NCBI GenBank assembly: GCA_965216755.1
Contig: CBDCGL010000011.1
Span: forward strand, 1,888,001 to 1,952,000
Direction of reading: 5' to 3'
DNA from: Alphaproteobacteria bacterium
GTDB taxonomy: Bacteria; Pseudomonadota; Alphaproteobacteria; UBA7887
DNA length: 64,000 nucleotides
Numbering within the stretch: position 1 is the stretch's first letter; every line of letters begins with the position of its first letter. The notes beneath the pieces were generated by a model. It saw nothing but the letters and a program-made list of their open reading frames with translations. It had not been told where the DNA came from and made no database searches. This document shows positions 1 to 9,673 of this stretch, one piece after another. The position numbers and the translations under genes are program-made.

Positions 1-972
1 ATCGTCGGAGATCGCGCCTTCGGGGCGGACCTTTGGTTGCGCTTAACCAGTGACACCAAGAACGGAATCGATGTGGTTTGCACTTGCCTTGGTGTAAACC
101 AACATCAGGGCTCAAAAGACGTCTGGGATTTTCAGAAGAAGCTGCACGATTTCCGTGAATTTGCACGCAATAACCCGCTCGATCAAGTCATCATAGCCTC
201 AGATTGGTCAAACACGCGTGGCATCCAGAGAATTGTTGACGCACTGAGCGAGTTGGCACTGGATATCCGTTTGGCGCCGACCGGCAGCATATTGGATATC
301 GCGGGTCATTCGTTTGGCGTTGTCGGTGGTATTCCCATGCTCAACCTTGGGAAAAAGCCCCTGGACGACTGGTGGCGCTTTGGCAAATCAGTCGGAGATC
401 GCTTTATTGCGAGTTTCTTATTGGCTACATCCACACCAACAATAGTACTAATCGCAATATTGATAAAACTCCAAAGCCCGGGACCGATATTATTTCGGCA
501 AGCTCGCTATGGTTTTCACAAGAAGTTGTTTCGTGTCTATAAATTCCGCACAATGTACGTAGAGAATCAGGACCTCGCTGCAGAAAGGCTTGTGACGCGG
601 GACGATTCGCGTGTCACGCCTCTGGGGCGTCTCTTGCGACGTTATAGCCTCGACGAACTACCCCAACTTTATAACGTTATTCGGGGTGACATGTCGCTTG
701 TCGGACCTCGGCCACATGCGCCGGCGGCGAAAGCCGGGGACCGCCTTTATCAAGACGTCGTCAGCGACTACGCTAAACGCCATAAAATGAAACCTGGGAT
801 CACCGGCCTGGCGCAAGTTAGAGGATGGCGCGGCGAAACGGATAATGAAGACAAGATTCTTGGCCGCGTGAAGTGTGACTTGGAGTACATTGATAATTGG
901 TCGATTTGGCTTGATTTAAAGATCCTTGTCAGAACAATTATTGTGGTGGTCCGAGGTACTAATGCCCATTGA
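1..972 (+). CDS. Undecaprenyl-phosphate sugar phosphotransferase (WcaJ/WbaP family priming glycosyltransferase), 5'-partial
   Basis: Frame is open from base 1; bacterial sugar transferase motifs GPILFRQ.R.G, KFRTM, D.RVT.LG..LRR.SLDELPQL.NV..GDMSLVGPRP, KPGITGLAQV, DLEYI..WS.WLDLKIL. Confidence 0.93.
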   Translation: MVGDRAFGADLWLRLTSDTKNGIDVVCTCLGVNQHQGSKDVWDFQKKLHDFREFARNNPLDQVIIASDWSNTRGIQRIVDALSELALDIRLAPTGSILDIAGHSFGVVGGIPMLNLGKKPLDDWWRFGKSVGDRFIASFLLATSTPTIVLIAILIKLQSPGPILFRQARYGFHKKLFRVYKFRTMYVENQDLAAERLVTRDDSRVTPLGRLLRRYSLDELPQLYNVIRGDMSLVGPRPHAPAAKAGDRLYQDVVSDYAKRHKMKPGITGLAQVRGWRGETDNEDKILGRVKCDLEYIDNWSIWLDLKILVRTIIVVVRGTNAH

Positions 973-1092
973 CATTTTTTTTCGAAACTTGAACGGCCTG
1001 CGGAATTGATGCGACTCTCTTGTTGAAAGCGCAGATCGGAACGGATTTGATCGTTTTCTGAATTAGGTTCGATTCGAACAAGCTATTTGTAA

Positions 1093-2457
1093 ATGGTTTT
1101 TTGGGTCCTCGTTGCCGCTGTACTGCTAACACCCTTGGCAATTGGCTCAGTTGTCATGATGGCGTGGGCAATGTTGGCGTGTCTCGTTGGCGTATTGCTT
1201 CTGGTCTGGTGTTCTTGTCTGTTTGGTGGTTGGGATAGCGCAAGCCTTCGTACGCGGTTGTCGCCATGGTACGTTGTACCTTTCGTACTGATCTGTTTTT
1301 GGATCGGAATCCAACTGTGGCCCACCAATCTGCAAAGCCCCACCACCGAATTCTGGCAAGGAGCGTTCGATGCATTGGAAATGATGCCACGACCGGCTCC
1401 GTTGTCGATCAATCCCTTCGAAACCGTGTCGGCCCTTGTCCGACTCTTAACTTATGCGGGCATTTTTTGGCTTGCAGCTCAATATTGCTATTCCACTCGG
1501 CGTGCGGAACAAGCTTTCGTTTCAATAGCCGTCACCGGGCTCGCATACGGTCTTTACGGACTCGTAGTACAGTTTGGCGGTTTCGACAAAGTCCTGTGGT
1601 TGGACAAAGCGGCCTATGCAAACGTTGTCACGTCGACGTTCGTCAACAGAAACAGTTACGCCACATTCGCTGGAATCGGATTGATTTGCACCATAGGCGT
1701 TTTGGTCAAACGATATGTCGACAGTACCGACTTTGACGCGAGCCTTCGGCGAAATGTCTTAAATGTTATTCGCCTGGCCATGGAAGAAAATCCGGTGCTC
1801 GTTCTGGCTGCACTGGTCATATTGACATCGCTGACCTTGACTGCTTCGCGTGCGGGGATCCTTTGCACTTTTGTTGGGCTCGCTGCGTTCTTTCTTACTT
1901 TTCGTCCAGCGGGTGCGATGACGTCCCGCAATCTTGGAAAAGTCGCTTTTGTGGTGGCACTGTGCATCGTCGGCGTGGCGACCTATAACGGTGCAAAAGT
2001 CCTCGATCGCATGACCACAGCCGATGCCGACATGGACGAACGGCTGAAGATCTACCAGGTGACCTTAGAGGCAATTAAAACAGCCCCGCTAACCGGATTC
2101 GGGTTTGGCACATATGCTGACGCGATTCCACGTTTTCGCGACGAACGCATCGACGGACCGTTCGATAAGGCACACAGCACTTACCTAGAAATGGCCGTTG
2201 AGGTCGGTTTGCCGGCGGCGGCTCTTATATTACTTGCGCTGGTGGGACTGATTCGCCAGTGCGCGTCAGCAATACGGACGCCCAATACGGCCTCAGCATA
2301 TCCGGCGATCGGACTGGGTGTTACCGCGCTCGTCGCCACACATTCTCTTGTGGATTTCAGTATGCAGATTCCTGCGGTAGCGGCCCTCTATGCCATGGTC
2401 ATGGGCATTGCGGTGGGGCAATCTGTGCGTTGCCGGGAATCAGTTCGGGACCTCTGA
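1093..2457 (+). CDS. O-antigen ligase / Wzy_C family membrane protein
   Basis: Many TM segments; TFVNRN, LTASRAG, PLTGFGFGTY and AHSTYLE..VE.G motifs; EPS locus context. Confidence 0.85.
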   Translation: MVFWVLVAAVLLTPLAIGSVVMMAWAMLACLVGVLLLVWCSCLFGGWDSASLRTRLSPWYVVPFVLICFWIGIQLWPTNLQSPTTEFWQGAFDALEMMPRPAPLSINPFETVSALVRLLTYAGIFWLAAQYCYSTRRAEQAFVSIAVTGLAYGLYGLVVQFGGFDKVLWLDKAAYANVVTSTFVNRNSYATFAGIGLICTIGVLVKRYVDSTDFDASLRRNVLNVIRLAMEENPVLVLAALVILTSLTLTASRAGILCTFVGLAAFFLTFRPAGAMTSRNLGKVAFVVALCIVGVATYNGAKVLDRMTTADADMDERLKIYQVTLEAIKTAPLTGFGFGTYADAIPRFRDERIDGPFDKAHSTYLEMAVEVGLPAAALILLALVGLIRQCASAIRTPNTASAYPAIGLGVTALVATHSLVDFSMQIPAVAALYAMVMGIAVGQSVRCRESVRDL

Positions 2458-3204
2458 TGGCACGACGATCTGACCCTGCAAGATTCTGTTGAACGCCGCG
2501 CTGTCTTCCGCGTTGTCTCCAATCGCACGAATCGCGATATCCGCCCGCGCCAAATGATGTGCGAGGGCGACAACACTCCGACGATCATCATGTTTCCAAG
2601 CCAGACGAATTTCGCTTAGAACAGCGTCGCGTGCAAAAGTGCTGAGATGATCCCAAAGCGCAAGGCCAAGCTCAAGCCGGGGGAACGACAAGTCACGTTC
2701 GTGGGGGGCGGATGTGAATGACATTTCGAGTGCTTCGGCCGCGTGCGGCGTCGGTCCATTTATCACCGCCTCCGCAAACGACAGACGCGCCCAAGCAAAC
2801 GGGCGCACCGGCGATAGGGACAGTCCGCGACGAAGCGAAGCAATTGCGGCTCGTCCGGACGTCACATCGATGACCCCCTCACCACCCAGCAGCTCGCCCA
2901 ATGTCAGGTGCGCAGATCCCAAATCCGTGTGGACGCGCCCCGAGGCGACGTACCGCGCCATCGCGGTTCGTGATTCGATAAGCTCTCTGAGTTCGGAAAC
3001 CGTTGGATCTAGACCGGCACGCATGACAGCCAGCGTCGGTTCGCCCGGCAACCCGATAACTGCCGCCACGAGGCGCGATAAGCCACAATACACCAGGAAC
3101 ACGCCAACAATCGCCGGTACGGAAACGGAAACGACACCGATTACGCCGAGCGGCTGTTTTATTGAGTTCTTCGATGTCTTATGGAGCCGTTGCCACACAT
3201 CCAA
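2440..3204 (-). CDS. Membrane-anchored TPR-like hypothetical protein of the EPS locus
   Basis: 254-aa ORF with an N-terminal TM segment and helical TPR-like stretches (ASLRRGLSLSPVRPFAWARL, ALEMSFTSAPHE); start uncertain. Confidence 0.6.
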   Translation of the reverse strand: MDVWQRLHKTSKNSIKQPLGVIGVVSVSVPAIVGVFLVYCGLSRLVAAVIGLPGEPTLAVMRAGLDPTVSELRELIESRTAMARYVASGRVHTDLGSAHLTLGELLGGEGVIDVTSGRAAIASLRRGLSLSPVRPFAWARLSFAEAVINGPTPHAAEALEMSFTSAPHERDLSFPRLELGLALWDHLSTFARDAVLSEIRLAWKHDDRRSVVALAHHLARADIAIRAIGDNAEDSAAFNRILQGQIVVPSEVPN

Positions 3205-3240
3205 TCAAAGCTCCAAAGAGATCTCCACCCGGAGGACGAG

Positions 3241-3669
3241 CTAAAAAACCAGCCTGCGCGGCGCGTGGCCAAACCTTCGCCCTCTCAAATACATACTATG
3301 CTTCTTGTGATTGCCGCCGTAGGCATATGCAAAGTGATGGCGCCTCTTTTTCGCCAGTCTCTGGCGGATCAATCTTATGCGCTCTCTGATCTGTCGTTTT
3401 AGGTGCCTTATTCTCTTAAGTTTCTTTTTGAGTATGTCCGGGATGGTCGGGCTCTTCATCTTGTGGCCGCCATGTCCCGACATATACTTCGACGAAACAA
3501 AGTAATTTGTCGGTACGAAATATCTGGCAGGTTGCTCATGCCGGTGCCGCTCCGGCATTCCCCAGCCGTCATCCGCAGACGCCTCGCCAACGTCAAAGCC
3601 GACCAACGCCATAAAGGCGATGACCATCGTGAAAGCCGTCGCGGCTTTGAAAAAAACTTTCACAATCAA
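3241..3669 (-). CDS. Secreted, highly basic hypothetical protein
   Basis: Sec-type signal ending ASA|DD; K/R/H-rich C-terminal half; GGGGGA upstream of a TTG start. Confidence 0.55.
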   Translation of the reverse strand: MIVKVFFKAATAFTMVIAFMALVGFDVGEASADDGWGMPERHRHEQPARYFVPTNYFVSSKYMSGHGGHKMKSPTIPDILKKKLKRIRHLKRQIRERIRLIRQRLAKKRRHHFAYAYGGNHKKHSMYLRGRRFGHAPRRLVF

Positions 3670-3889
3670 ATTCCCCCGAGCTTAAGCTCCCACAAACGCA
3701 CGCTGGACGTACATACAGTTAATATTTGTCGGCTTCCTGTCAAATTCACCACCAACAATAAAGAAAGAATATTTATAGCACAATGCTAACGACACGAGGG
3801 ATTCTTTTGGCCTGGGATACTGTGCAAATCATCGGCACATCAGCGGTAACGACCATGGCGAACCCGGCGCGGACAAGCGACAATGCCAT

Positions 3890-6184
3890 TTAGCTCGTGT
3901 AGTAATTTTTGCCATATTTGGATTTGTAATATACACCAGCCTCGCCGGATCGGTATGCTGCAAGTCTTCGTACATCGACACGCGATAGTAACACACCGGC
4001 AATGTCGCCACCGGCGTCCTGCAGGCGTTTCGTCGCCAGTCGTGCGGTCTCCCGGCGTGTTTCGGCCCAACGCACAAGAAAGACAATTTTGTCGGCCCGC
4101 TTCGCGAGGATCTGCGCATCTGATACGGCCATTACGGGCGGCGTATCGACAACAACGTAGTCAAATGACTTGCGCAGCTGACGCAATAAGTTCGCGAACT
4201 TCTCGGAACGCAATAGATTGGGCGGATTGACCGTCGGCATACCCGCGGTGATGAAATGTGTGCCACTCTTGGCATCCCGCTGCAAAACCACCTCGGGTCC
4301 CGCATCCTCGATCAGATAGTCCACCAAGCCCGGTTTCCGTGTCGAGGACAGGAGCATGTGTACCATGGGGCGGCGCAGGTCGCAGTCAACGATGACAACA
4401 TTCTTGCTAACCGCCGCCAACGCGCGCGCGAGGCAAACGGCCACCGTGCTCTTACCTTCGCCCGCGACCGACGAGGTCAACATTATGGTTTTGGGTTCTT
4501 GATCCAAAGCTGACAGCATCAAATTCGTATGCAGTGTGCGAATCGACTCGGCAAAGGCAGATGCCGGCTTGTCCAACGAATAGTCTTGCGGTGAGATCCG
4601 GCCAAAGCGGCTCAACGACGGCACCAACCCAAGATTGCCGACGCCCAATTGAGCCTCGATCTGCTCTCCGTTTCTGAAGCCGCTATCAAGGGTTTCTACC
4701 AGGAAAGCAAGGCCGACCCCCAGCACGCCGGCCCCGACAAACGCCAGACTCAACAATAGCTTGACCTTCGGAAATGATGGTTCGAGGGACTCGGTCGCCT
4801 CGGTTATTATTTGGCCTTCGGCCCTATCAAATCCTTCTTGGCTACCGATTTCTTTGAATCGCGTTAGGAAGCGCGCAAACAGGGCCCGATTTGCTTCGGC
4901 TTCCCGTTCCAAGGCACGCAACTTGACCTCAGAGCCTTTAAGGGCTGCGGCCTGCGTGTTCAAACGCGCCACCTCGCCTCTCAGATACCTTTCGCGTGCA
5001 GCGGCGACGTCCAGATTGGTTCGCCGCCGCTGCAGCTCCTTCCGTATTTCGTTTCCGATCTGCGCATTCAGGTCGTCGATCTCCGCGGCGACACTCAGCA
5101 TTTTCGGGTGACGCGGCCCATATTCTTGCGCCATGTCGGCGACCCGCCGGGTCAATAGTGCCTGCTCGCTACGCAAGTCTTGAATAAGGCGCGAGTCCAA
5201 GATCTCCGCCGCTGCGGGTAGCCCGCCGGTATTGGTGATCGATTCCAATTGGCGCACCTCGGCTTCGGCCTCGGCTTTGGCGCTGTTCGCCAGTACAAGC
5301 TGTGTGTTCAACTCCGAAATCTGTTCGGCCGCCAGCGACGAGTCCTTACCCTCGAACAAGCCGGAGGCGGCTCGGTACTCCTCCACCGCACGATCCGACA
5401 CCAGCGCCTTTTCGCGCAATTCTTCCAGGCGCTCGCCGAGCCACTGGCTCGCCCGTTCGGTGGCTTCAAAGCGTTCATCGAGTTGCGAGACGATATAAAG
5501 ATCGGCGATCTTGTTCGCCACCGCCGCCGCAGTGGCAGGTTCGGCAGATTTGAACGAGATTTCGATCGCCCGCGACAACCCCTTTTGCTTTACGGTAATC
5601 GAATCCAAGACTCTACTAACAACTTTAGCGCGTGTATGTGCGGCTTCCTCGGCCACATCTTCAACCAGCTCATCCTCTGCGCCGACCGTGCTCAACCACG
5701 CCGTTGGAACCAATTGGGACAGATCAAGCAATTTTTTCGCCGGATGCGGATCACGCAACGCGTCGTTAAATTCCGGATTCGCCAGCAATCGCAGGTCGTC
5801 GACCGCGCGGCCGATCAACTTTGTCGATGTTATCCGTTGAATTTCGCTCTGCACCGCTTGAGCATCGCTAGGCAAACCGCCAACGACGGCATCAATGTCA
5901 ACAACCGATCGCTCACGCGGGTCAAGCATGATCACCGCCGTCGCGGTGTAGATCGGCGTCAATTGAAACAATATTAGGGCGGCGATCGTGGTGCATATGG
6001 CCGTCATACCGGCGATTATCACCTTGCGTCGCCAAATCATGTTCAACAACGCTTTGAAGTCGACCAGCTCGTCATCGGGCCCAAGGCCTGATGCGGTCGC
6101 AAGCGGCTCCAAATTCTCTATTGTCGCGAAACGCGACCCGAGAGCTTCATCTTTTCTCACTAACACGTGTGCCATATCGGCCAT
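3890..6184 (-). CDS. wzc: Polysaccharide co-polymerase / tyrosine autokinase (Wzc/GumC/ExoP family)
   Basis: Wzz N-terminus with PIYTATA, coiled-coil periplasmic region, YGPRHP, Walker A SSVAGEGKS, DCDLRRP, VVVDTPP, C-terminal Tyr cluster YYKSKYGKNYY. Confidence 0.93.
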   Translation of the reverse strand: MADMAHVLVRKDEALGSRFATIENLEPLATASGLGPDDELVDFKALLNMIWRRKVIIAGMTAICTTIAALILFQLTPIYTATAVIMLDPRERSVVDIDAVVGGLPSDAQAVQSEIQRITSTKLIGRAVDDLRLLANPEFNDALRDPHPAKKLLDLSQLVPTAWLSTVGAEDELVEDVAEEAAHTRAKVVSRVLDSITVKQKGLSRAIEISFKSAEPATAAAVANKIADLYIVSQLDERFEATERASQWLGERLEELREKALVSDRAVEEYRAASGLFEGKDSSLAAEQISELNTQLVLANSAKAEAEAEVRQLESITNTGGLPAAAEILDSRLIQDLRSEQALLTRRVADMAQEYGPRHPKMLSVAAEIDDLNAQIGNEIRKELQRRRTNLDVAAARERYLRGEVARLNTQAAALKGSEVKLRALEREAEANRALFARFLTRFKEIGSQEGFDRAEGQIITEATESLEPSFPKVKLLLSLAFVGAGVLGVGLAFLVETLDSGFRNGEQIEAQLGVGNLGLVPSLSRFGRISPQDYSLDKPASAFAESIRTLHTNLMLSALDQEPKTIMLTSSVAGEGKSTVAVCLARALAAVSKNVVIVDCDLRRPMVHMLLSSTRKPGLVDYLIEDAGPEVVLQRDAKSGTHFITAGMPTVNPPNLLRSEKFANLLRQLRKSFDYVVVDTPPVMAVSDAQILAKRADKIVFLVRWAETRRETARLATKRLQDAGGDIAGVLLSRVDVRRLAAYRSGEAGVYYKSKYGKNYYTS

Positions 6185-6547
6185 CGGCGACGGAACGTTG
6201 CGTTAAGCGTTAATCATCTCGCCTGAGTGGTTATATCAACGATCTGGCCCGTATTCCTCCGTGCCCAGAGGTGGCGGCCATGGTTGATCTCGATCGATCC
6301 CATTCCCTGTGGCGCGCTCTTTGTAGCCTTCGATCCAAGAGAGAGACCTTGGTTGATGTAATGCCCGTTTCGGGCGTTGGTTGCAATAGCAATTGATTTA
6401 TTTTGCAGGCCTGCGGTGTTTGCCCTCCTAACGATGAATGGAGCCGAACATGGTTTTGATCTTATTGCCAAAGTGAAATGGCCGCGCGTGCCCGTTCTAA
6501 AGACGAGAACGATGCCTCTTTCACCGATTCGCCTGGGAGATACCGGA

Positions 6548-7010
6548 TAGAGCATTCGGCCCGTGCACCGGCATTTCTTAAACGTGATACACCGTTTGCC
6601 AAAAAACTGCATCACCGCCGAACGAACGACAGATACGCCATATTTATTCTTCCGACGCTCGGCGACCTCCGAAAGGTTGGCGCCCGGTTGTGCCGGCCCC
6701 AGGCCGATAAGAATGTCTCATGCTGGTCCCACATAAAACCGTATGGTTGACCCTGCTTGGGTCCACCCATCTGGCCGTAACCTCGATAGCGACGAAACCA
6801 TATTCCCGCTGTCGATATACAAGTCCCAAATCGATTCGCCGTCCGACGGGTCGACTGGCAGTATTCTATCACTCCAATCACGCGTGAACGCCAATCCGAA
6901 CTCTTGCTCCCAGCCACGATCGTCTCCCGGTGCGTCGACAAGAAGAGTGATTCGCATCTTGAATCATACGAAAATCGCCAAACGACTCTGTTGTCACCAG
7001 AGCCGCTCTA
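6548..7010 (-). mobile_element. Degenerate, internally deleted IS630-family element
   Basis: Minus-strand frames give SSDWRSRVIGVI...STRRTANRFGTCISTAGIWFRRYR...KQGQP and QFFGKRCITFKK, resembling the IS630 OrfA HTH; bounded by TAGAGC (6548) and GCTCTA (7010); no DDE domain. Confidence 0.7.
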
Positions 7011-7291
7011 GCCCCCTTCGCACCCTCTTTTTGCCCCGGCACAGATCGGTTCCTTGCCGGCCCTTTTGTAGTCCGTGGTTGATTCCCGAACAGGCAGCGA
7101 CCTGCGCGGGGATCATTGGAACCTGGCGATTTCACCACATCGATGGATATTCTTGCCGCAAGCAGGGCATGTCGATTGTGGTTGCAGATCTGCATCCGTT
7201 GCACGCAACCACGTTTTTCGCTGTGCTATCTTTGCGGGAGCCAGTGCCGAAACGCCACTTGCGATGGGAAACAGCTCGGAAGCGAGGAAAG

Positions 7292-8353
7292 ATGTCAGAA
7301 TCAAAATACAAGGTTGTTGTCCAAAAACAGAAAGGCATCTCATTCGATCTGGCCGACTCGGCCTATGAGATGGAACGCGAAGCGCTGGATCCCATCGGGG
7401 CAGAGATCGTCGAAGTGGCGGCGGAGACCGAAGCGGACTTCATTGCCGCTGCACGAGACGCCGATGCGCTGATCGGGCGCGGCCGCCGGATCACGCGTCC
7501 GATTATCGAACGCCTTGAGAAATGCGTGGCAATCGGTCTTGGCAGCGTTGGCGCCGATACGGTCGACGTGGACGCAGCGACCGAGCACGGCATCGTCGTC
7601 ACGAACGTGCCGGATGTGTTCATTGAAGAGGTCGCGGATCACACCATGGCGCTCTTGCTGGCCGCGTTTCGCCAACTGCCGGCAATGCATACCTTGACTG
7701 CCGAAGGGCGCTGGGCCGAAGGCCGGCCACAGTTTGCCAATCTGCCGCGTCTATGGGGACAGACGATCGGGCTGATCTCGTTCGGCAACGTCGCGCGTGC
7801 TGTCGCGCGCCGCTGTCCCGCCTTTGGCCTGCGGGTTCTCGCCCATGACCCTTATGTTGGCGAACTGGAGATGACCGAGGCGGGCGTGGAGCCGGTGACC
7901 AGCCTGATGGAGTTGCTCGATCGGTCCGACTTCGTTTCCATGCACGCGCCCCTCAACGCCGAAACGCGCCACATGCTGACCGACCGACATTTCGAACGGA
8001 TGAAACGCACCGCTTTATTCATTAACACCGGCCGCGGCCCAACCGTCGATGAAGCTGCTTTGATTCGGGCGTTACAACAAGAAGCCATTGCCGGTGCTGC
8101 CCTCGATGTGTTTGAGACGGAACCCCTGCCCACGGACAATCCCCTGCTTCAAATGCCGAACGTACTCTGCACGCCGCATATTGCCTCGGCCAGCGCGCGA
8201 ATGGCACCGGAAACGCGGCGCCGTCTTGGCCGAGAACTCGCCACCGTCTTGCAAGGTCGTTGGCCGCGCAGTGCCGTCAATCCATCCGTCTTGCCCCGCA
8301 TGCCGTTGCTTCGCTGGCAACCCTACGCGCAGCGCCGCGGCCCCAATCGCTAA
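7292..8353 (+). CDS. D-isomer-specific 2-hydroxyacid dehydrogenase (CtBP/SerA-like)
   Basis: SVGADTVD, VTNVPD...EVADH, FGNVARAVA, INTGRGPTVDE, AALDVFETEP, TPHIAS; ATG at 7292 preceded by GAGGAAAG. Confidence 0.9.
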   Translation: MSESKYKVVVQKQKGISFDLADSAYEMEREALDPIGAEIVEVAAETEADFIAAARDADALIGRGRRITRPIIERLEKCVAIGLGSVGADTVDVDAATEHGIVVTNVPDVFIEEVADHTMALLLAAFRQLPAMHTLTAEGRWAEGRPQFANLPRLWGQTIGLISFGNVARAVARRCPAFGLRVLAHDPYVGELEMTEAGVEPVTSLMELLDRSDFVSMHAPLNAETRHMLTDRHFERMKRTALFINTGRGPTVDEAALIRALQQEAIAGAALDVFETEPLPTDNPLLQMPNVLCTPHIASASARMAPETRRRLGRELATVLQGRWPRSAVNPSVLPRMPLLRWQPYAQRRGPNR

Positions 8354-8356
8354 CCT

Positions 8357-8450
8357 TATTTCGGTGACAGTTTACTAAATACACTACGCTTAGTAAGCGC
8401 TTATATGAACATACAATTATTAGTGTATTTAGTAAACTGTCACCGAAATA
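8357..8450. repeat. 94-bp AT-rich palindromic element with perfect 30-bp inverted arms (REP/REPIN- or MITE-like)
   Basis: 8357-8386 TATTTCGGTGACAGTTTACTAAATACACTA is the exact reverse complement of 8421-8450. Confidence 0.9.
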
Positions 8451-9409
8451 GCGCAACTTGCAACTCATCCAGCAATGCCCTTGCCTGCTTCAAATCGGCC
8501 GTGTCGAAACCTTCGCTGAACCAGCCATAGACGGGCACGAGAAAATCGTACGCCTGCTTATGTTTGTCTTGCTGATGCCACAAACGGACAAGCGTGGTGG
8601 CGGCCCGAAGTTCCCAAGATTTCGCTCGCTGTGACCGAGCAACCTCAAGTGCCTTTAAGTAGGCCGCCTCGGCCAGTGCGTGTGGACTTGGAGTTCCCCC
8701 GGTTTGATGGACACATTTTGACCGATAGGAGAAAGTGTGCGAATGCTGCAAACAAGAAACCCGTATCCCACGGAATTTGGGGAGCAGATAATTTCGTTGA
8801 CCCGAGCAGGGCGCAGTGCTGAGAGCTTTGCCCGCGAGTTTGAGCCATACGCGGCAACGGGCCATCGAGCGCAAAGCGATCGCCAACGTTGGCCGGCAGG
8901 GCCTTGCCACCTGTCACCTTGTCCACCAACGCCGCGCCATCCCTGCGGCCCAAGCGGTTGAGGGTCAGCGTCGTGACATGGCCACGACCGGTCCACGGCG
9001 GGTCGAACGCCAGCCGAACGGTGATCAGCACCGGCCCGCCCGCGGCCAGCGCCGCGATCAGGGCAAAGGTCTCACCCATGTCATCGGCATTGCGTAGCAG
9101 CCGTGCCCCCATCTTTGCGCGCTTGGTCAAGTGTGTCGTCACGGCCAAAGCCAGCGCTCAAGGCGAACGGCTCGATGATCGGATAGAACGCCGAATTGGT
9201 GTGATGCGGCTTTTGCCGATACCTGGCTCGCCGGATAGCAGCAACACTTGGCGTTCCCCATCCTGGGCTTGGTTCCAACGTCGCAACAGCAGGCCGATCT
9301 CTTCTTCGCGGCTGACCAAGGGTGTCAAAGCGGCGCTATGTGCGGCCTCGAACGCCTCGGCATATTCGCCCACGTCCTGCTCCCGCAGCCACGCCCGGAT
9401 ATCCGACAT
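8440..9409 (-). pseudogene. Collapsed SAM / AAA-ATPase / TPR (adenylate cyclase family) pseudogene
   Basis: Ordered fragments across frames: MSDIRAWLREQDVGEYAEAF (SAM), TPLVSREEE...LSGEPGIGKSR (Walker A), HTNSAFYPII, FDPPW...LTLNRL, and C-terminal AKSWELRAATTL.RLW...VYGWFSEGFDTADL..ARALL; GGAGG RBS before ATG 9409. Confidence 0.85.
8689..8865 (+). mobile_element. IS3-family left-end fragment (IRL plus OrfA N-terminus)
   Basis: TGGAGTTCCCCCGGTTTGATGGACAC terminus, AGGAGA RBS, then ATG 8743 MLQTRNPYPTEFGEQIISLTRAGRSAESFAREFEP, similar to IS3 OrfA HTH; truncated. Confidence 0.75.
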
Positions 9410-9673
9410 CCGTTTCCTCCACGCGTAAGACCACGCGCAGCACAACCAACATGCAGCTGTCAGGTCAAAAGCCGATTGCCCGGCGAAGACTGTGGGTCGG
9501 CGCACAAATCATTGAAAAGTTGAAGATAATGTCCAAAGCACGGGCGGGCGAACGATGTCGTCCACCAAGAATGCCACAGCATGTTCGCACCGCCCGTGAC
9601 CCTATTCTGGCCAAGTGCACGTGTTAACCACTGCCCCGGACGCGCAACCGGCCACACATCACCGAGAGAGACG

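Noticed and set aside
6743-7291. 183-aa N-terminal extension of the dehydrogenase ORF
   Set aside because: It runs antisense through the IS630 relic; homology and the RBS indicate a start at 7292
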